A DNA stretch of 64,000 nt from positions 152,892,001 through 152,956,000 of the forward strand of contig OX597814.1 in the NCBI GenBank assembly GCA_951406725.2, given 5' to 3'. This stretch comes from Octopus vulgaris. Lineage: Eukaryota. The position numbers were made by a program, and so were the translations under genes. Of this stretch, positions 10,444 through 24,300 are shown piece after piece. Below the pieces are notes generated by a model. The model did no database searches. It saw only the letters and a list, made by a program, of their open reading frames with translations, and was not told the origin of the DNA. Each line of letters begins with the position of its first letter. Position 1 is the stretch's first letter.

Positions 10444-13400
10444 CTGAAAATAAATAAATAAAACCTTATAATTTTCAAAGCATTGAAACAATTTAAAATT
10501 TTTTATTGTTTCAGTCATTATATTGAGGTCATTCTAGGACACTATGTTGAAGAGTTTTAGTCAAACAAACCAATCCTACTACCACTTAAGCACTGACTGG
10601 CCTGGAAATATAGTAGATGTGCCCAAGGTGCTACACTGTAGGACTGAACCCACAATGTGGATGCAAAATGATCTCCTTAACCACACCCAATCCTGCACCT
10701 GAATTTTTTTTTTTTTTTTATCAAATTTGAACTAGGAAAACCAGAAATCAATAATGGCCTGATTTTGAAAAATTCACCAATTACTTTGCAACAGCTCTGT
10801 ATAAGCATTGATTGAGAGGATAAAAAAAATTACCGGTGAACTAGGAGGCAGCAGAGAAATGAAGAAATATGATTTCATACACCTAGCAAACATCAGAAAT
10901 AAAAAATTCTGAACTCATGAAAATGAGTGTGCTGGTGGCACGTAAAAGACACCATTCGAGTGTGATCGTTACCAGCATCACCTTACTGGCACCTGTGCAA
11001 GTGGTATGTGTAAAAGATTCGAGTGAGGTCGTTGCCAGTACCACCTGACTGGCCCCGTGCCGGTGGCACGTAAAAGCACCCACTACACTCTCAGAGTGGT
11101 TGGCATTAGGAAGGGCATCCAGCTGTAGAAACTCTGCCAGATCAAGATTGAAGCCTGGTGCAGCCATCTGGCTTGCCAGCCCTCAGTCAAATCGTCCAAC
11201 CCATGCTACCATGGAAAGCGGATGTTAAACAATGATGATGATGATGAATAAGTAGAGGCATGCTAAAAAGTTTGCCTTTCAACCATGTGGTTGCCAGTAC
11301 AGTACAGCTCATTAGCACCTTGGGCAAGTGTCTTCTACTATAACCCCAGGCTGACCAAAGCCTTGTGAGTGGATCTGGTAGATGGAAAGCGAAAAGAAGT
11401 CTATAATGTAAATGTTATGTCTCCTTGCCTTCACATCATGCAAACAGTGTCTTCTGCGTTGAAAATATGTCTGTTCATAAGAAAATATTACCATACTTGG
11501 ATACAGGGCATTTGGCTATAGAAAATCTATCTCAACAAATACCACCTGACCCATGCATACATGGAAAAGTAGACATTAAAACGATGATGAATAGAGAAAT
11601 GCTTTAGCACTAACATTAAATTATTTTATAATCAGTTTTCAGATAAAGCTAAAAGACATCTCAATTATAGAAGTAATAAAAATGTAGTTGAAATATTTAC
11701 TCTTTTCAGTTTCTGTTTACCAAATCTCACAAGGGTTTACTTGGCCTGGGGTTACAGTAGAATACACTTGCCCAAAGTGCCATGCTTCAGGACTGAACCC
11801 AAGGCCACATGATTGGGAAGCAAGCTTCTTAACCACAGAGCCATGCTTACACAGTTTAAAAAGCTAAAAAATGCTTTTTTTTTTAAATCAAGAAAACCAA
11901 GAATAGCAATTTGAATAAAATGTAAAAGTTACCATAATTCTAATAGAGTTGGTACAGCTTTGTGTGCTTGTGAACGTCCAAGTGCCAAACATCCAGCTTC
12001 TCTCACTAAACGATCTTTGTCTTCGAGAACATCTATTAATGCTTGAATTGTTATATCATCATTAGCACCAGTCTGGGCAAGACAAATGGCTGCAACAGTA
12101 CGAACATTTGGTTCTTCATCGTTCGTTACTAAGTAGATTAAAGCATCAACAACTTCTCGGCTTTTGAATTTACCTTTAAAATAGAAGAAAAACAAACAAA
12201 ATTTAAAACATAATCAGGGTTTAGAACAGATGAAATCAGGTGTAGTCATTGGTAAACCGAAATGCACCTATTCCTACCATCTTAAATAGAATAGAAACAA
12301 TACCAAAATATCCTTAATTTTTAAATTAATGAATAGTTTTCTACAAATATCTTAACCCTAGATCTTCATTACCAAACTTTTGGCATTTGTGTTGTATTTA
12401 GTCAATATCAAACAGTTCGGAATTAATCTAAGAGACTTTTATATTTTAAATACATCTTGGCCTTCATTAGATCTGTACTAACTAGTTGATTTTTTTTATG
12501 CCTAATCAGTGAAGGAATGATAGTGTTTATGAACTTTGGCAGGGCACCCAAAACTGGTCATCCTCAAACTGGTGACCCAGTCTAAATTCTTTTTTTGTTT
12601 ACTATCACCGGAGAGTTTTTATCTTTTGTCTCAGTAAAAGGAAAAAAAAAAAAAAGCAGCAGCTATGGCCTTTTTATGGGATCTAAAGGGAAAGGTGAGG
12701 ATTAAATAGGAAGAAATCATGAATATAGAGGTCCTGCAGTAGGGAGCAGCACATCAAGAGATAGTTATCCTTGACCAGAGATCAGGTCCAAATACTTGTG
12801 AAGTTTAACACCATCCAAGAACAATCCATCCATTGTTTTTGTCTAGCCACTTTCTCCTCTCACAATCCAAGGCTACAGTTAAAAGCCCCTTCTTCAAGAT
12901 GTCACATAATGGGAATGAATCCAAATCATATTATTGAAAAACCATGTCTGCAACCATGACATATAAGAATTTATCAGTTTGCAAGACATTACCCAAACAT
13001 TTCTTCACAGCTGTGTTGTTATGGAGTGTGCTTTGTAACCATATGGTTTTGGGTTCTGTCTTGCTGCAAGGCACTTTAGGAAAAAGTGTCTTATAATATA
13101 ATCTCAGGTTAACCAATGTCTTGTGAGTAAAATTGCTAAATAGATACTATATAGAAGCCTTTTGTATACATTGTATAGCTGTGTGTGTCTAAACATTTAC
13201 TTTCTCTGTCTTTGCATGATGCTAGCTTAATAATTTCGATATGCCAAGACCAGAGGAAAAAAAAAAAGTACCATAATTGAGTAAGAATTGGTGATAGGAA
13301 TGGCATCTGGCCATAGTCTTGTTCTATCCATGCTAGCCATGGAAAGAATGGATGTAAAAATGACAATTATACATTTTCCATGCAAGATGATCTTTAACAC

Positions 13401-16400
13401 ATCGATACATTCAACTATTATGAAGTAATCTTGTTTATAATCAGTGAATTGTACCTATTCATGTGTTTTCTCGCTGCTAAGTGAACCAAACTGTTGAAAA
13501 TGAAATGTCTTTAAGAAACTATAGCTATAAGACTCAATATGCTTTAGAAATATAAAGAAATATTAGTAAATCAGTTTGGTTTGCTGTAAAGGAGAGTAAC
13601 CAAAGCAGAAAATTTACTTACTAAGATTTTCAATGGCTTCTACACGGACATGAGAATTTATGTTAAACACTTCTTTCATAGCATAACTTTCCCGTGCCTG
13701 CTCTTCTATCCTTTGCCACAAAGATGAAACTATTCCATCCACAGTGCAAAATTCTGATAAAAAATAAAAATAAACAAATAAGGAAATACAGTGATGATTA
13801 CAAAAGAATTTTATTGAAAGTTAGTTAACAACAGAAATCAAGAAATATATGCTCAGCATTTAATCAAAAATAAAACAAAAAATTTGTAATTAACTTTTGA
13901 TACTAATCTATGCCTTTGGCGTTTTTAAATAAAGCTGCCTGTTTTAAAGTGTTCAATGTTAAGGAATGTTACAGTCAACTGAATGTCAGTATATAACTGG
14001 TACTTGATTTATAGACCAAAATCCCTGCCAGCAGAGATACAAGTCAGCAACTCATTATGTAAATGGATGAATAAAAACTAATGCATTTAGTCACGTTGTT
14101 TCTGTCTCAGTTACCATCACTCTTTCAATAATGTAATATTACATTACACTGGTTGAAGGCTACACATTCTTAAGGTTGTAGAATAGTGAACTGAATGGAT
14201 ACCAATATTGTATCAATTCAATTGACATTTATTTTATTATTGAAGAGGGGTGAAACACAGGATATAGAGGAACACAAGACATTTGGTCTATCATTGCCAT
14301 TTCTGTTACTCTACCAAATGATGAAGAATCTTAAAGTGATATATAAAAGTTAATATAATATTAACATTTATATAATATTATATAAATATATTATATAATA
14401 TAAATATTAGTTATTTCTTTCACAGCTCTGGTCAAACAGAACAATAAACAAAAGTGTTTAAACTATAACAATTCCATCTAACTTTTAAGAAGTGCAACTC
14501 ATCAAAGTCTCTCTTTTTAAGATAGAAGGATGCGGTTTAAGGAAGATTTGGTTGCTATTTCTAGCAAATCCAGCAACCATGTAACATTTTTATGTTCATT
14601 AATGAGTAGATTAAGCTAGTATTTGAAACACAACTGAACAGAATAGTCATTGCACAAAGACAGGAGATTTTTATCAAATAACCCTTACGAGAACATTAGA
14701 TAATGTAGTCCTAAATATTTCATTAAAATTACAAGATCCATTGCTGGAATTTCTTTCATCGTAGGCCTGCCTAGTAAGGGTTAATCTGGAGGAGATAACT
14801 AACTGGAAATCAAAACCAAGATCTCGGGAATCAGAACTCCCTATCTGCATTAAGCCCAAGATACTAAATGAGATGCAGACCCTTTTTGACTGCTATTTAA
14901 TATAAAAAAAAGTCTGAAAAAAAATTGATTTCTGTTCACGTAATTTCTTTTCTTCACTTCTTAACAAATCAAGGTTGAACTCACCAATAAATTTATCTCG
15001 TTTAAGACACCCATCACGAGTTATATGCATCTCCCACCGAAGGATAGATTTCAGCCAGTTTTGATCATCAGGAGTGTAAGCGCTAAACAAGCCTTGATAA
15101 TCACAGGTCAAATCATACCAAAATCTGCATTGGAAATAAAAAAAATCAATTATAAATTGGAAGAATTAACCTATCACAGTTTCATTTACCTGTCTCACAA
15201 AACAATGTTGTGAAACCTCTGGTAGATTTAATTGAGAGTTGGAAGTTTAAATATGTCATAAGCAAACAAATTATTGACAGGGTAAGATGATTGGAGATAT
15301 ATTACAAAAACCATCCAACCCAACTGAAAATCAGGTTGTTACAACAAGTGCTTCAGTTGATCCAATCAATGGAACAGCCTGTTTGTGAAATCACAGGTAT
15401 ACCCTTAACGTAGTTCTCAGAGAGATTCAGCGTGACACAAAGTGACATGGCTGGCCCTTTGAAATACAGGTATAGCTCATTTTTGCCAGCCAGGTGGGCT
15501 GGAGTAATGAGAAATAAAATGTCTCGCTCAAAGACAACACAATATACTGCCAGAAGAGTGGTTGGCGTTAGGAAGGGCATCCAGCTGTAGAAACACCGCC
15601 AGATCTGACTGGCCTGGTGCAGCCTTCGAGCTCCCCAGACCCCAGTTGAACCGTCCAACCCATGCTAGCATGGAAAGCGGACGTTAAACGATGATGATGA
15701 TGATGATGATGAAATCAAACTCATCACCTTGCAACTGTGAGTCAAATACCCTAGCCACTAAGCCATGCACCTTGATGAAATGTGTTTAACTAAGAAGTAG
15801 ACTGATTTTTAAAGTAATGCCATTTAAAAATATAAACTCTCTTTACTCTTTTACTTGTTTCAGTCAATTGACTGTGGCCATGCTGGAGCACCGCTTTTAA
15901 TCGGGACTTATTCTTTTGTAAGCCCAGTACTTATTCTATCGGTCTCTTTTGCCGAACTGCTAAGTAACGGGGACATAAATACACCAGCATTGGTTGTCAA
16001 GCAATGCTAGGGGGACAAACACAGACACACGCATATATATATACACATATATGACAGGCTTCTTTCAGTTTCTGTCTACCAAATCCACTCACAAGGTTTG
16101 GTCGGCCCGAGGCTATAGTAGAAGACACTTGCCCAAGGTGCCACGCAGTGGGATTGAACCTGGAACCATGTGGTTGGTAAACAAGCTACTTACCACACAG
16201 CCACTCCTGCGCCTATAGATTGGACAGGTTTTCTGAGGCAGATTTTATGGCTGGATGCCTTAACTAGTTTAGCTGCCTCTTACAACACAAAAATGAGGAA
16301 TATCTAGGATATACATGAAAGTAGTAATGAAAATGGTGTTGACAAATAAAAATTCAAATTTGAGGAAACCAGTGGTGATCTTTCTAAAAAAGAAATTTAC

Positions 16401-18301
16401 TTGTAATATCAGGGTTCTTGTCTCCCCAAGCTATACAAACATTCAAATTTGTGAATTCTACTAAATATCATTAGTGCAATGCTTGAATAATATTGGTTTC
16501 AAATTTTGGCACAATGTCAGCAATTTCAGGGGAGGGGATAAGTTGATCACACTGAACTATGTTCAAATGGTACTAATTTAAAGAACAATGAAAGAATGAA
16601 AGGCAAAGTCGACCCCCTCCACAGCATTTGAACTCAGAAGAAATGCTGCTAAGCACTTTTCCCAGCTCACCGCCTTAAACACTAAAGTAATATTCCAAAA
16701 TAACTTACTGATTCCAATCTATTTGGTTTTCTGTATATTTTCTATCCCAATAATCAATAGGAGTTTCAAGGTTTTGTTTGTTGTAAATCTTAGTTGATCG
16801 CTGAGGTCTCTTCGATTCAGCATTCGACTTGTCTACGTAAAGAACACAGAAAAAAAAAAATCAATAAAGACAAAATAAAAAAAAACATGACACTCAAATC
16901 AAAACAGCTTGAGAAATTTTAACCCTAAGAAAAATATATTAAAATGGCTTCATTCATTTTCAGATTATGGAGTGCATAAAAGAATTCAAATTGTTTTGCA
17001 ATTTCAATTACAATTCAGAAATAGCTTAATCCTAATAAATTCCTACCAACTTAGTAAACCAATCATTTGTCTTCAATAATCTTTTTCTTTGAAGACATAA
17101 GTATTTTTCCTTATTATAGCAACAAGTTAAGGTTGTGATTAACTTTAATCCATTAGCATTCAGATTATTCTGTCATATATAATGCTTATTAATTCACATA
17201 GCTTTGGATTAATCATACTTATCTTGTACTTATGAGATTTTGATATGATTGTTTATATTAAGAACGACATTGTAGGGTAGGTGTGAAAGATCAGAGCCGG
17301 CCAGTTTGATCATAGAACAGAATATTTTGGCCTGATATGGCCAGCTAAAAGCAAAGGGTCAATGTATATACTAATGTCACTTGCCCAAAGAATCCAATTG
17401 AGACAGCATTTTATTTTCAAGAGTCAAGCTCTCATTAAAATCAAAGAAAGAATTCAGTTATGATGTACAAGTATAACTAATAATATGAGGCAAAGAAAAT
17501 ATCAAATCTGTCAACATCTATCTTTACTTTTTGATGTGAAACCATGTATTGAAAACTGTTGTACTTCAAAAAGGTCATTCTGCCAATACAACAAAAGCAT
17601 ACTGGCTGTAGTTTACTTTTTATTATTAATTTCAAAAATATAATATTAATAATATTGGTTTTTCAGTGATTTTCTCAGCAACAGTTTTTTTCCTTCTCCA
17701 TCAAAAATATTTATTGGTATATTCAGATTTGGTATTTGTTGTTGTCGACTAGCAATCCCTACACCAACTAAACTTACTTTAACTTAGAGGATCAGATTTA
17801 GTATCTCAGAGAAGAGACTGCATCGGTATGGGCATGTGATGCACAGATAAAGAAGTGCCAAGCAATCATTTGGAAGAAATTGATGGAAGAGAATGAACAA
17901 GGAACACCTGGAAGAAGTGGTAAATGCTAATCTCAGAGGGCTGAACTTTACAAAGGAGATAAAAGACCCATAACATGTGATGTGATAATGTTATATTAAA
18001 GAAAACTTAGTTAACCCATGCAAACATGGAAAAATAACATAAAATGATTATCATCCTCGGCTTGATGGCTATTTCTTTCCATGTGAGCATGAGTAGGAGA
18101 AAACTTTTTGAGGTAGCACTTAAATGAATGTCCTTCCTAACACCAACCCGTGTTTATAGCTAAGATATTGCATGCCATTGGTCTGCATGTGTTGAATTAA
18201 ACTGCAGGATACAGTGTTTATGCAGAACATACATAAGCAACACCAATAACTTAATATATGAATGCAAAGACAAATTCACACATACATGCCATGCATTTAT
18301 A

Positions 18302-18345
<44 letters not shown>

Positions 18346-21300
18346 CACACGTGGAGGTGCAATGGCCCAGTGGTTAGGGCAGCATACTCGCGGTCGTAGG
18401 ATCGCGACTTCGATTCCTAGACTGGGCATTGTGAGTGTTTATTGAACGAAAACACCTAAAGCTCCATGAGGTTCCGGCAGGGGGTGGTGGCGATCCCTGC
18501 TGTACTCTTTCACCGCAACTTTCTCTCACTCTTTCTTCTGTTGGCCTGCTCACTTAGCCAGCGGAGTGGCGTCATTTGAAGACTAAAACAATGTGAAGCG
18601 CATTGTGACCAGTGATGTGTAGCAACATCTGATAGCTTGGTCGGTCACGGTGATCACGGTAATACACACACACACCATATCTAATGGCTATATAAGATGT
18701 ATTTTTTTAAAACGTTTTTAAAAAATTACAAAAAAAAAAAAAAAAAGACTGGCACTCTAGCAATATTAATTACTTCAGCACGTGTCTAATACTGCTCGGG
18801 CATCTTTTATGCAATCAATTATATATTAAGGTATACAAGTTATAAGCTTGTCAAGATATCAATTGATTGATAAATTAAATTGCTATAAAAAGTAAGAACT
18901 AATTTGAAGAAAAAGAAAAAAAGACAAAGGAGAAACTTACTGTTAATGGAATTTAATACAGCTTTTATGTCCCTCAAAAGTTCGTTCATGGTTTCTGGAT
19001 ACCTCTCCTTATCAAGAAATTTATACCACTGCATACCTGCCAGCTTGAGTCTCCTGTGAATAAAAAAAAATATTTTGCTTTTATAAAAGAGAAAAGACAA
19101 ATTTCATAGTTATTTTTTTCTTTAGATATATTAGATGCATATTCATTATTTTCTGAAAATTTCTTCGAAACTATCAATTAATCTAAACTTCAGTTTCCTT
19201 CAATATGATTGCTTTGTCAGTTTTAACGTCCACATTTCCATGCTTGATTAAGTTGGACAGAATTCACTGAGGTAGATTTTCTATAGAGGGATGCCATTCC
19301 TGTCACCAACCATTATCTATTTTCAAGTAAGGTAATATTTCCCCTTGGTCAGACAGATTTCCACATAAGATTAGGAACCAAGAACACAGCTTGTATGACT
19401 ATGCACATTTACAAATATCACATGATGTCAAGAGAAGGGTACAAACACCTCTATGACAAGCTTCTTTTAGTTTCCATCAACCTAATCACTCATAAAGCTT
19501 TGGTTGGCCTGGGGCTATAGTAGAAGACACTTGCCCTAGGTGCCACACAATAGGACAGAAACTGAAACAATCTTGTTGCAAAGCAAACTTCTTAACTACA
19601 GACACACCTGTACACAGGTGTCACACCTGTACTACAGACACACCTGTACACAGGTGTCACACAAAGCTTCATATTAATAGAAGAAAATTAAATTGATATT
19701 CAGTCACTTACATCCCAGTATCCATAGCCGAAAGGAGATTTTCATCTGAAGAAATGCTAACAGGGAAAATGCTTTTGTTTGATATATATGCCAAGGACAA
19801 TTCATCTTTACAGAATTTGGAATGAATGGAAGTTTCGCTGACAATAGATATGAACACCTGTCATGAATAAAAAGATAGAAAAAATGTAAGAATAAATTTG
19901 ATTACTAAAATATGGAAAAAAATTTAACATTTAATAAGAATTCCTCATAATTATAAAATAATGAATTTCCTACATTGACCAGAGTGTTAAAAATTTATTG
20001 GAAAGCAGTGGTATTAAATAAATTAACCAAAGATATTTTATGGTATTTCTTCTTAGTATGGACTCTAGAGAGATAAACATTCAAAGTTGACACCAGCTGG
20101 ATTTGAACTCAAAGTCAGATAAGTAAATACCACAATGCATTTTTTTATCCAGCACTCTAGCAATTTTGCACATCTGTTTTGACAATACCTATATTTAACA
20201 GCTTTATATATTCTTCTACTTATTAAGATTTTGATGTCAGACAACCAAAAAATGTTTATGTAAAATGTGCAGTGTGTGTGTGTATGAAAGCTATGAGAGA
20301 ATACATGGATTAAAAATATTAAGAAATGTAAATGAAGTTGAAGGTTTTGCAAAGATCAGACTATTTTTGTAATAGTGAAGCAGTAGCATCTGAGAAAACA
20401 AGTGATGTCCTGTGTTGGCAAATAATAAATGGAAAAAAATTAAGTGGTACAAGTTAGTACAAAGAAGAGATTTGGCACTTCAGAAAGGAATCTTTATCAA
20501 TGCCTCAGGTTTGGCATGGCTTCTACAGCTGGATGTAGAACAACCACTTTACAGAACACACAGGATGCATTATTTCATGGCACCAGCACTAAAAAAATTG
20601 TCTTGCCCTTGGCAAAACTAAAAACCGTTTACAGCGTGTACTGGGTTTTTGTGCTGTTTTGTAGTAAGCACTTGTAACCAGCAAGATAAAACTAACTAAA
20701 AGAGAACAGATTTGGTGCAAAGAGATCTGTTATGGTAGTGGGAAGAGTTAACAGAAGCGATACTTTTTAGTGGAAGACAGGAAGAAGTAGTGTAAGGAGT
20801 TAGTGTGAAAGAGAGAGGATAAGTGGTGAGGAGGATGGGGCAAGTGAGTAAAGATGACCATATATACAAATACTTTAAACATTTTTATTTTCATTTTGAA
20901 TGTGCTTTTTGATGCTGGAAAGATCTGATCTTGCGATATTGTTATTATTTCTCTCAGTGAATGCAGAAGCTTTGTTGAAAAAAGGTCAGCATTCATAAAG
21001 ACAGAGATTTGACTCATATACTACTTGCAACATAATGGATGCTGCCTGAGGTACCAAGTGGCCAGGTGGTAGCACTGAATAGGCAACAAATTATGACGAA
21101 CACCCAACAATCTATCCATGCAGTTTCCATCAAGTTAATGTCACCCACATGGTTTGAATAACCCAAGCTATGTTAGAAGATATCATAGCTCAAAATACTA
21201 CTCGGTGAAATAACCAGGAACCACTTAATTGCAAAGCAAGTTTCATAACAACTCAGCTATGCTTGCACAAATTAATTCAGTAAATGTTTTTTCTTTAAGC

Positions 21301-24300
21301 TCAAATCTATATTCTTTACAACTGAATTTTATTGGACATTTTAATCCTTTTTTCGTGATAAGTAAATTAAGCAATAATGACAGGTAAATTGAGCAATAAA
21401 TGTTTTATAAAATTAAAAGAGAGTTGTGGTGGTGGAAAGCCTGAATAAAACTATATTAGTGTATACTCTGATGTTTATAATAACCTACTTTTCAAGTGAT
21501 ATCATTTGCAACAGCTATACAAGCACTCAAACAATAACATAACTTGTAAAAGCAAGTTTACATACACACACACACACACAATTATATATCATTACGCACA
21601 ATAAACACAATATAATAAGGCGCTGAATACTAAATGCTGCAACAAAGTACCATGATCATCATGCACATGTGAGAAAGTGTATATGTGCATATAAAGTAGA
21701 GTATGCATATGCATGAAAAGGAGTATGCATATGTAGAAAAATGAAGTATGCATATGCAGGAAAAGGAGTATGCATAAGCATGAAAAGGAGTATGCATATG
21801 CATGAAAAGGAGTATGCATATGCAGGAAAAGGAGTATGCATATACAGGAAAACAAAGTATGCATATGCAGGAAAAGGAGTATGCATATGCAGGAAAAGGA
21901 GTATGCATATGCAGAAAAAGGAGTATGTATATGCAGGAAAAGGAGTATGCATAAGCATGAAAAGGAGTATGCATATGCAGGAAAATGAAGTATGCATATG
22001 CAGGAAAAGCAGTATGCATAAGCATGAAAAGGAGTATGCATATGCATGAAAAGGAGTATGCATATGCAGGAAAACAAAGTATGCATAAGCAGGAAAAGGA
22101 GTATGCATAAGCATGAAAAGGAGTATGCATATGCATGAAAAGGAGTATGCATATGCAGGAAAACAAAGTATGCATAAGCAAGAAAAGGAGTATGCATAAG
22201 CATGAAAAGGAGTATGCATATGCAGGAAAACAAAGTATGCATATGCAGGAAAAGGAGTATGCATATGCATGAAAAGGAGTATGCATATGCAGAAAAAGGA
22301 GTATGTATATGCAGGAAAAGGAGTATGCATAAGCATGAAAAGGAGTATGCATAAGCATGAAAAGGAGTATGTATATGCATGAAAAGGAGTATGTATATGC
22401 ATGAAAAGGAGTATGCATATGCATGAAAAGGAGTATGCATATGCATGAAAAGGGGTATGCATATGCATGAAAAGGAGTATGCATAAGCATGAAAAGGAGT
22501 ATGCATAAGCATGAAAAGGAGTATGTATATGCAGGAAAAGGAGTATGCATATGCAGGAAAAGGAGTATGCATATACATGAAAAGGAGTATGCATATGCAT
22601 AAAAAGGAGTGTGCATATGCAGGAGACTATATATGCATGTGTGGTAGTGCATATAAAAATAGGTGCCTGCACAGAGTATGTGCACACATGAAAGAGCTGT
22701 ATGCTGGAATGTGTGAATGTGTATGTATGCAAGTGTGTGTGTGTGCGTGTGTGTGTGTGTATGCATGTGCATATTCATAGAAAAGAGAGCAGTACTAATT
22801 ACATAGCTGTACATTTAAGTAATTTACTCTTATAAAAAATACTGTTACACTTCATAAACAACATTTTGTTAAATGAAATGACTGGCCAAAATAGCTACTG
22901 ACCTTGAAATCAGTTGTCCTAAAAACCCATCCTTGAATGTTTACTTAGACAACTAACTACGTATGCAATAACAAAAATCATCTTTTTACACATTTTAAAT
23001 TAAGAGAGGTCATTTGAAGCAAGAAATTTTAACTTTCATGTAGCTTCTGCACTGCCCTTAATGCTTCTTAAACTTTTCAGCAAATATTCTTTACTTTGTG
23101 TGTGTGTGTGTGTATAAATACAAACACTCGAAATTATTCAAAAATAGTTAAAATTCCTTTGTAATAAATTCTGTTGCTTCCCTTCCCTGTCCTACAATTT
23201 CTAATCCCCACCCAGATTTTTTTTTTTTTTTTTTGCTGAAATAAAACAAAATATTAAAAACAATGAGAAAAAAACCTAAACACTTTCATCTGAATTGATA
23301 TATGTTGTGCTAGTATATATATATATATATTTTTCATGTCATTAACTATTCTCCAACAATAAGGTATGTTGAGAAAAATTCTCAAGAGAAATCAATATTA
23401 TGAAACAAGATTTTCCAGCACAGGAAACAAATTAAAAGATATTTACTTACTTTACTCTCAATGATAGCTTGTCCAATTTTTTTAAGGAAGTCAACACCAG
23501 CTCCTATATCAGCAGTGTCTACCCAAACACTAATGTTGTTCTTTTCCAGAGTATCTAAATAAGCATAAAAAGTTAAAAAATTGTTTAGATTTTTATATTA
23601 TTTATATGTATATATATATGAGAAACAATTTAGCAACTAATAACCATTCTAAAGCTCTTCATTCCTGCCAACCCAGTCTTATTTCTTATTTCTTTATTGC
23701 CCACAAGGGGCTACACACAGAGGGGACAAACAAGGACAGACAAACAAGGATGAAAGGCAAAGTCGACCTCGGTGGAATTTGAACTTAGAACGTAAAGACA
23801 TGAAATACCTATTTCTTTAGTACCCACAAGGGGCTAAACACAGAGAGGACAAACAAGGACAGACAAATGGATTAAGTCGATTATATCGACCCCAGTGTGT
23901 AACTGGTACTTAATTTATCGACCCCAAAAGGATGAAAAGCAAAGTTGACCTCAGCAGAATTTGAACTCAGAACGTAACGGCAGACGAAATACGGCTACAT
24001 ATTTTACCTGGTGTGCTAACATTTCTGCCAGCTCACCGCCTTATTTCTTTTAAGACTATTATTTATTCACTGTTTATCAGTAAATTAAAAACAAATATAA
24101 AATTCAGTGTTATTACAGAGGCATGCATACCAGACAAATGATTTTATCTGAGATAGTGCGTTGGAACAAAAATGATTTCAGTTTGGAAGATACCTGTTAG
24201 CCATTTGTCAATGTTTTCATTGCTCAAAACTGCAACATAGTCACTACTAGGTTACAGTTTGGGGCACCAAAAATTTTGACATCATACAACAAACAAATAT

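Noticed and set aside
18351-18430. tRNA gene
   Set aside because: Only A/B-box similarity; no complete cloverleaf, and it continues into a SINE body. The same applies to the other SINE heads.
19597-19662. Short duplicated palindrome acacctgtacacaggtgt near TIR exon 3
   Set aside because: Looks like a local slippage duplication at a SINE end; no evidence of function.
21698-22622. CRISPR-like array
   Set aside because: Units are contiguous with no unique spacers, no cas genes, and the context is eukaryotic.
21592-22814. Three long minus-strand ORFs (328, 394, 357 aa)
   Set aside because: They are translations of the 22-bp minisatellite, open in all three frames because the unit lacks stops, and lie in an intron.
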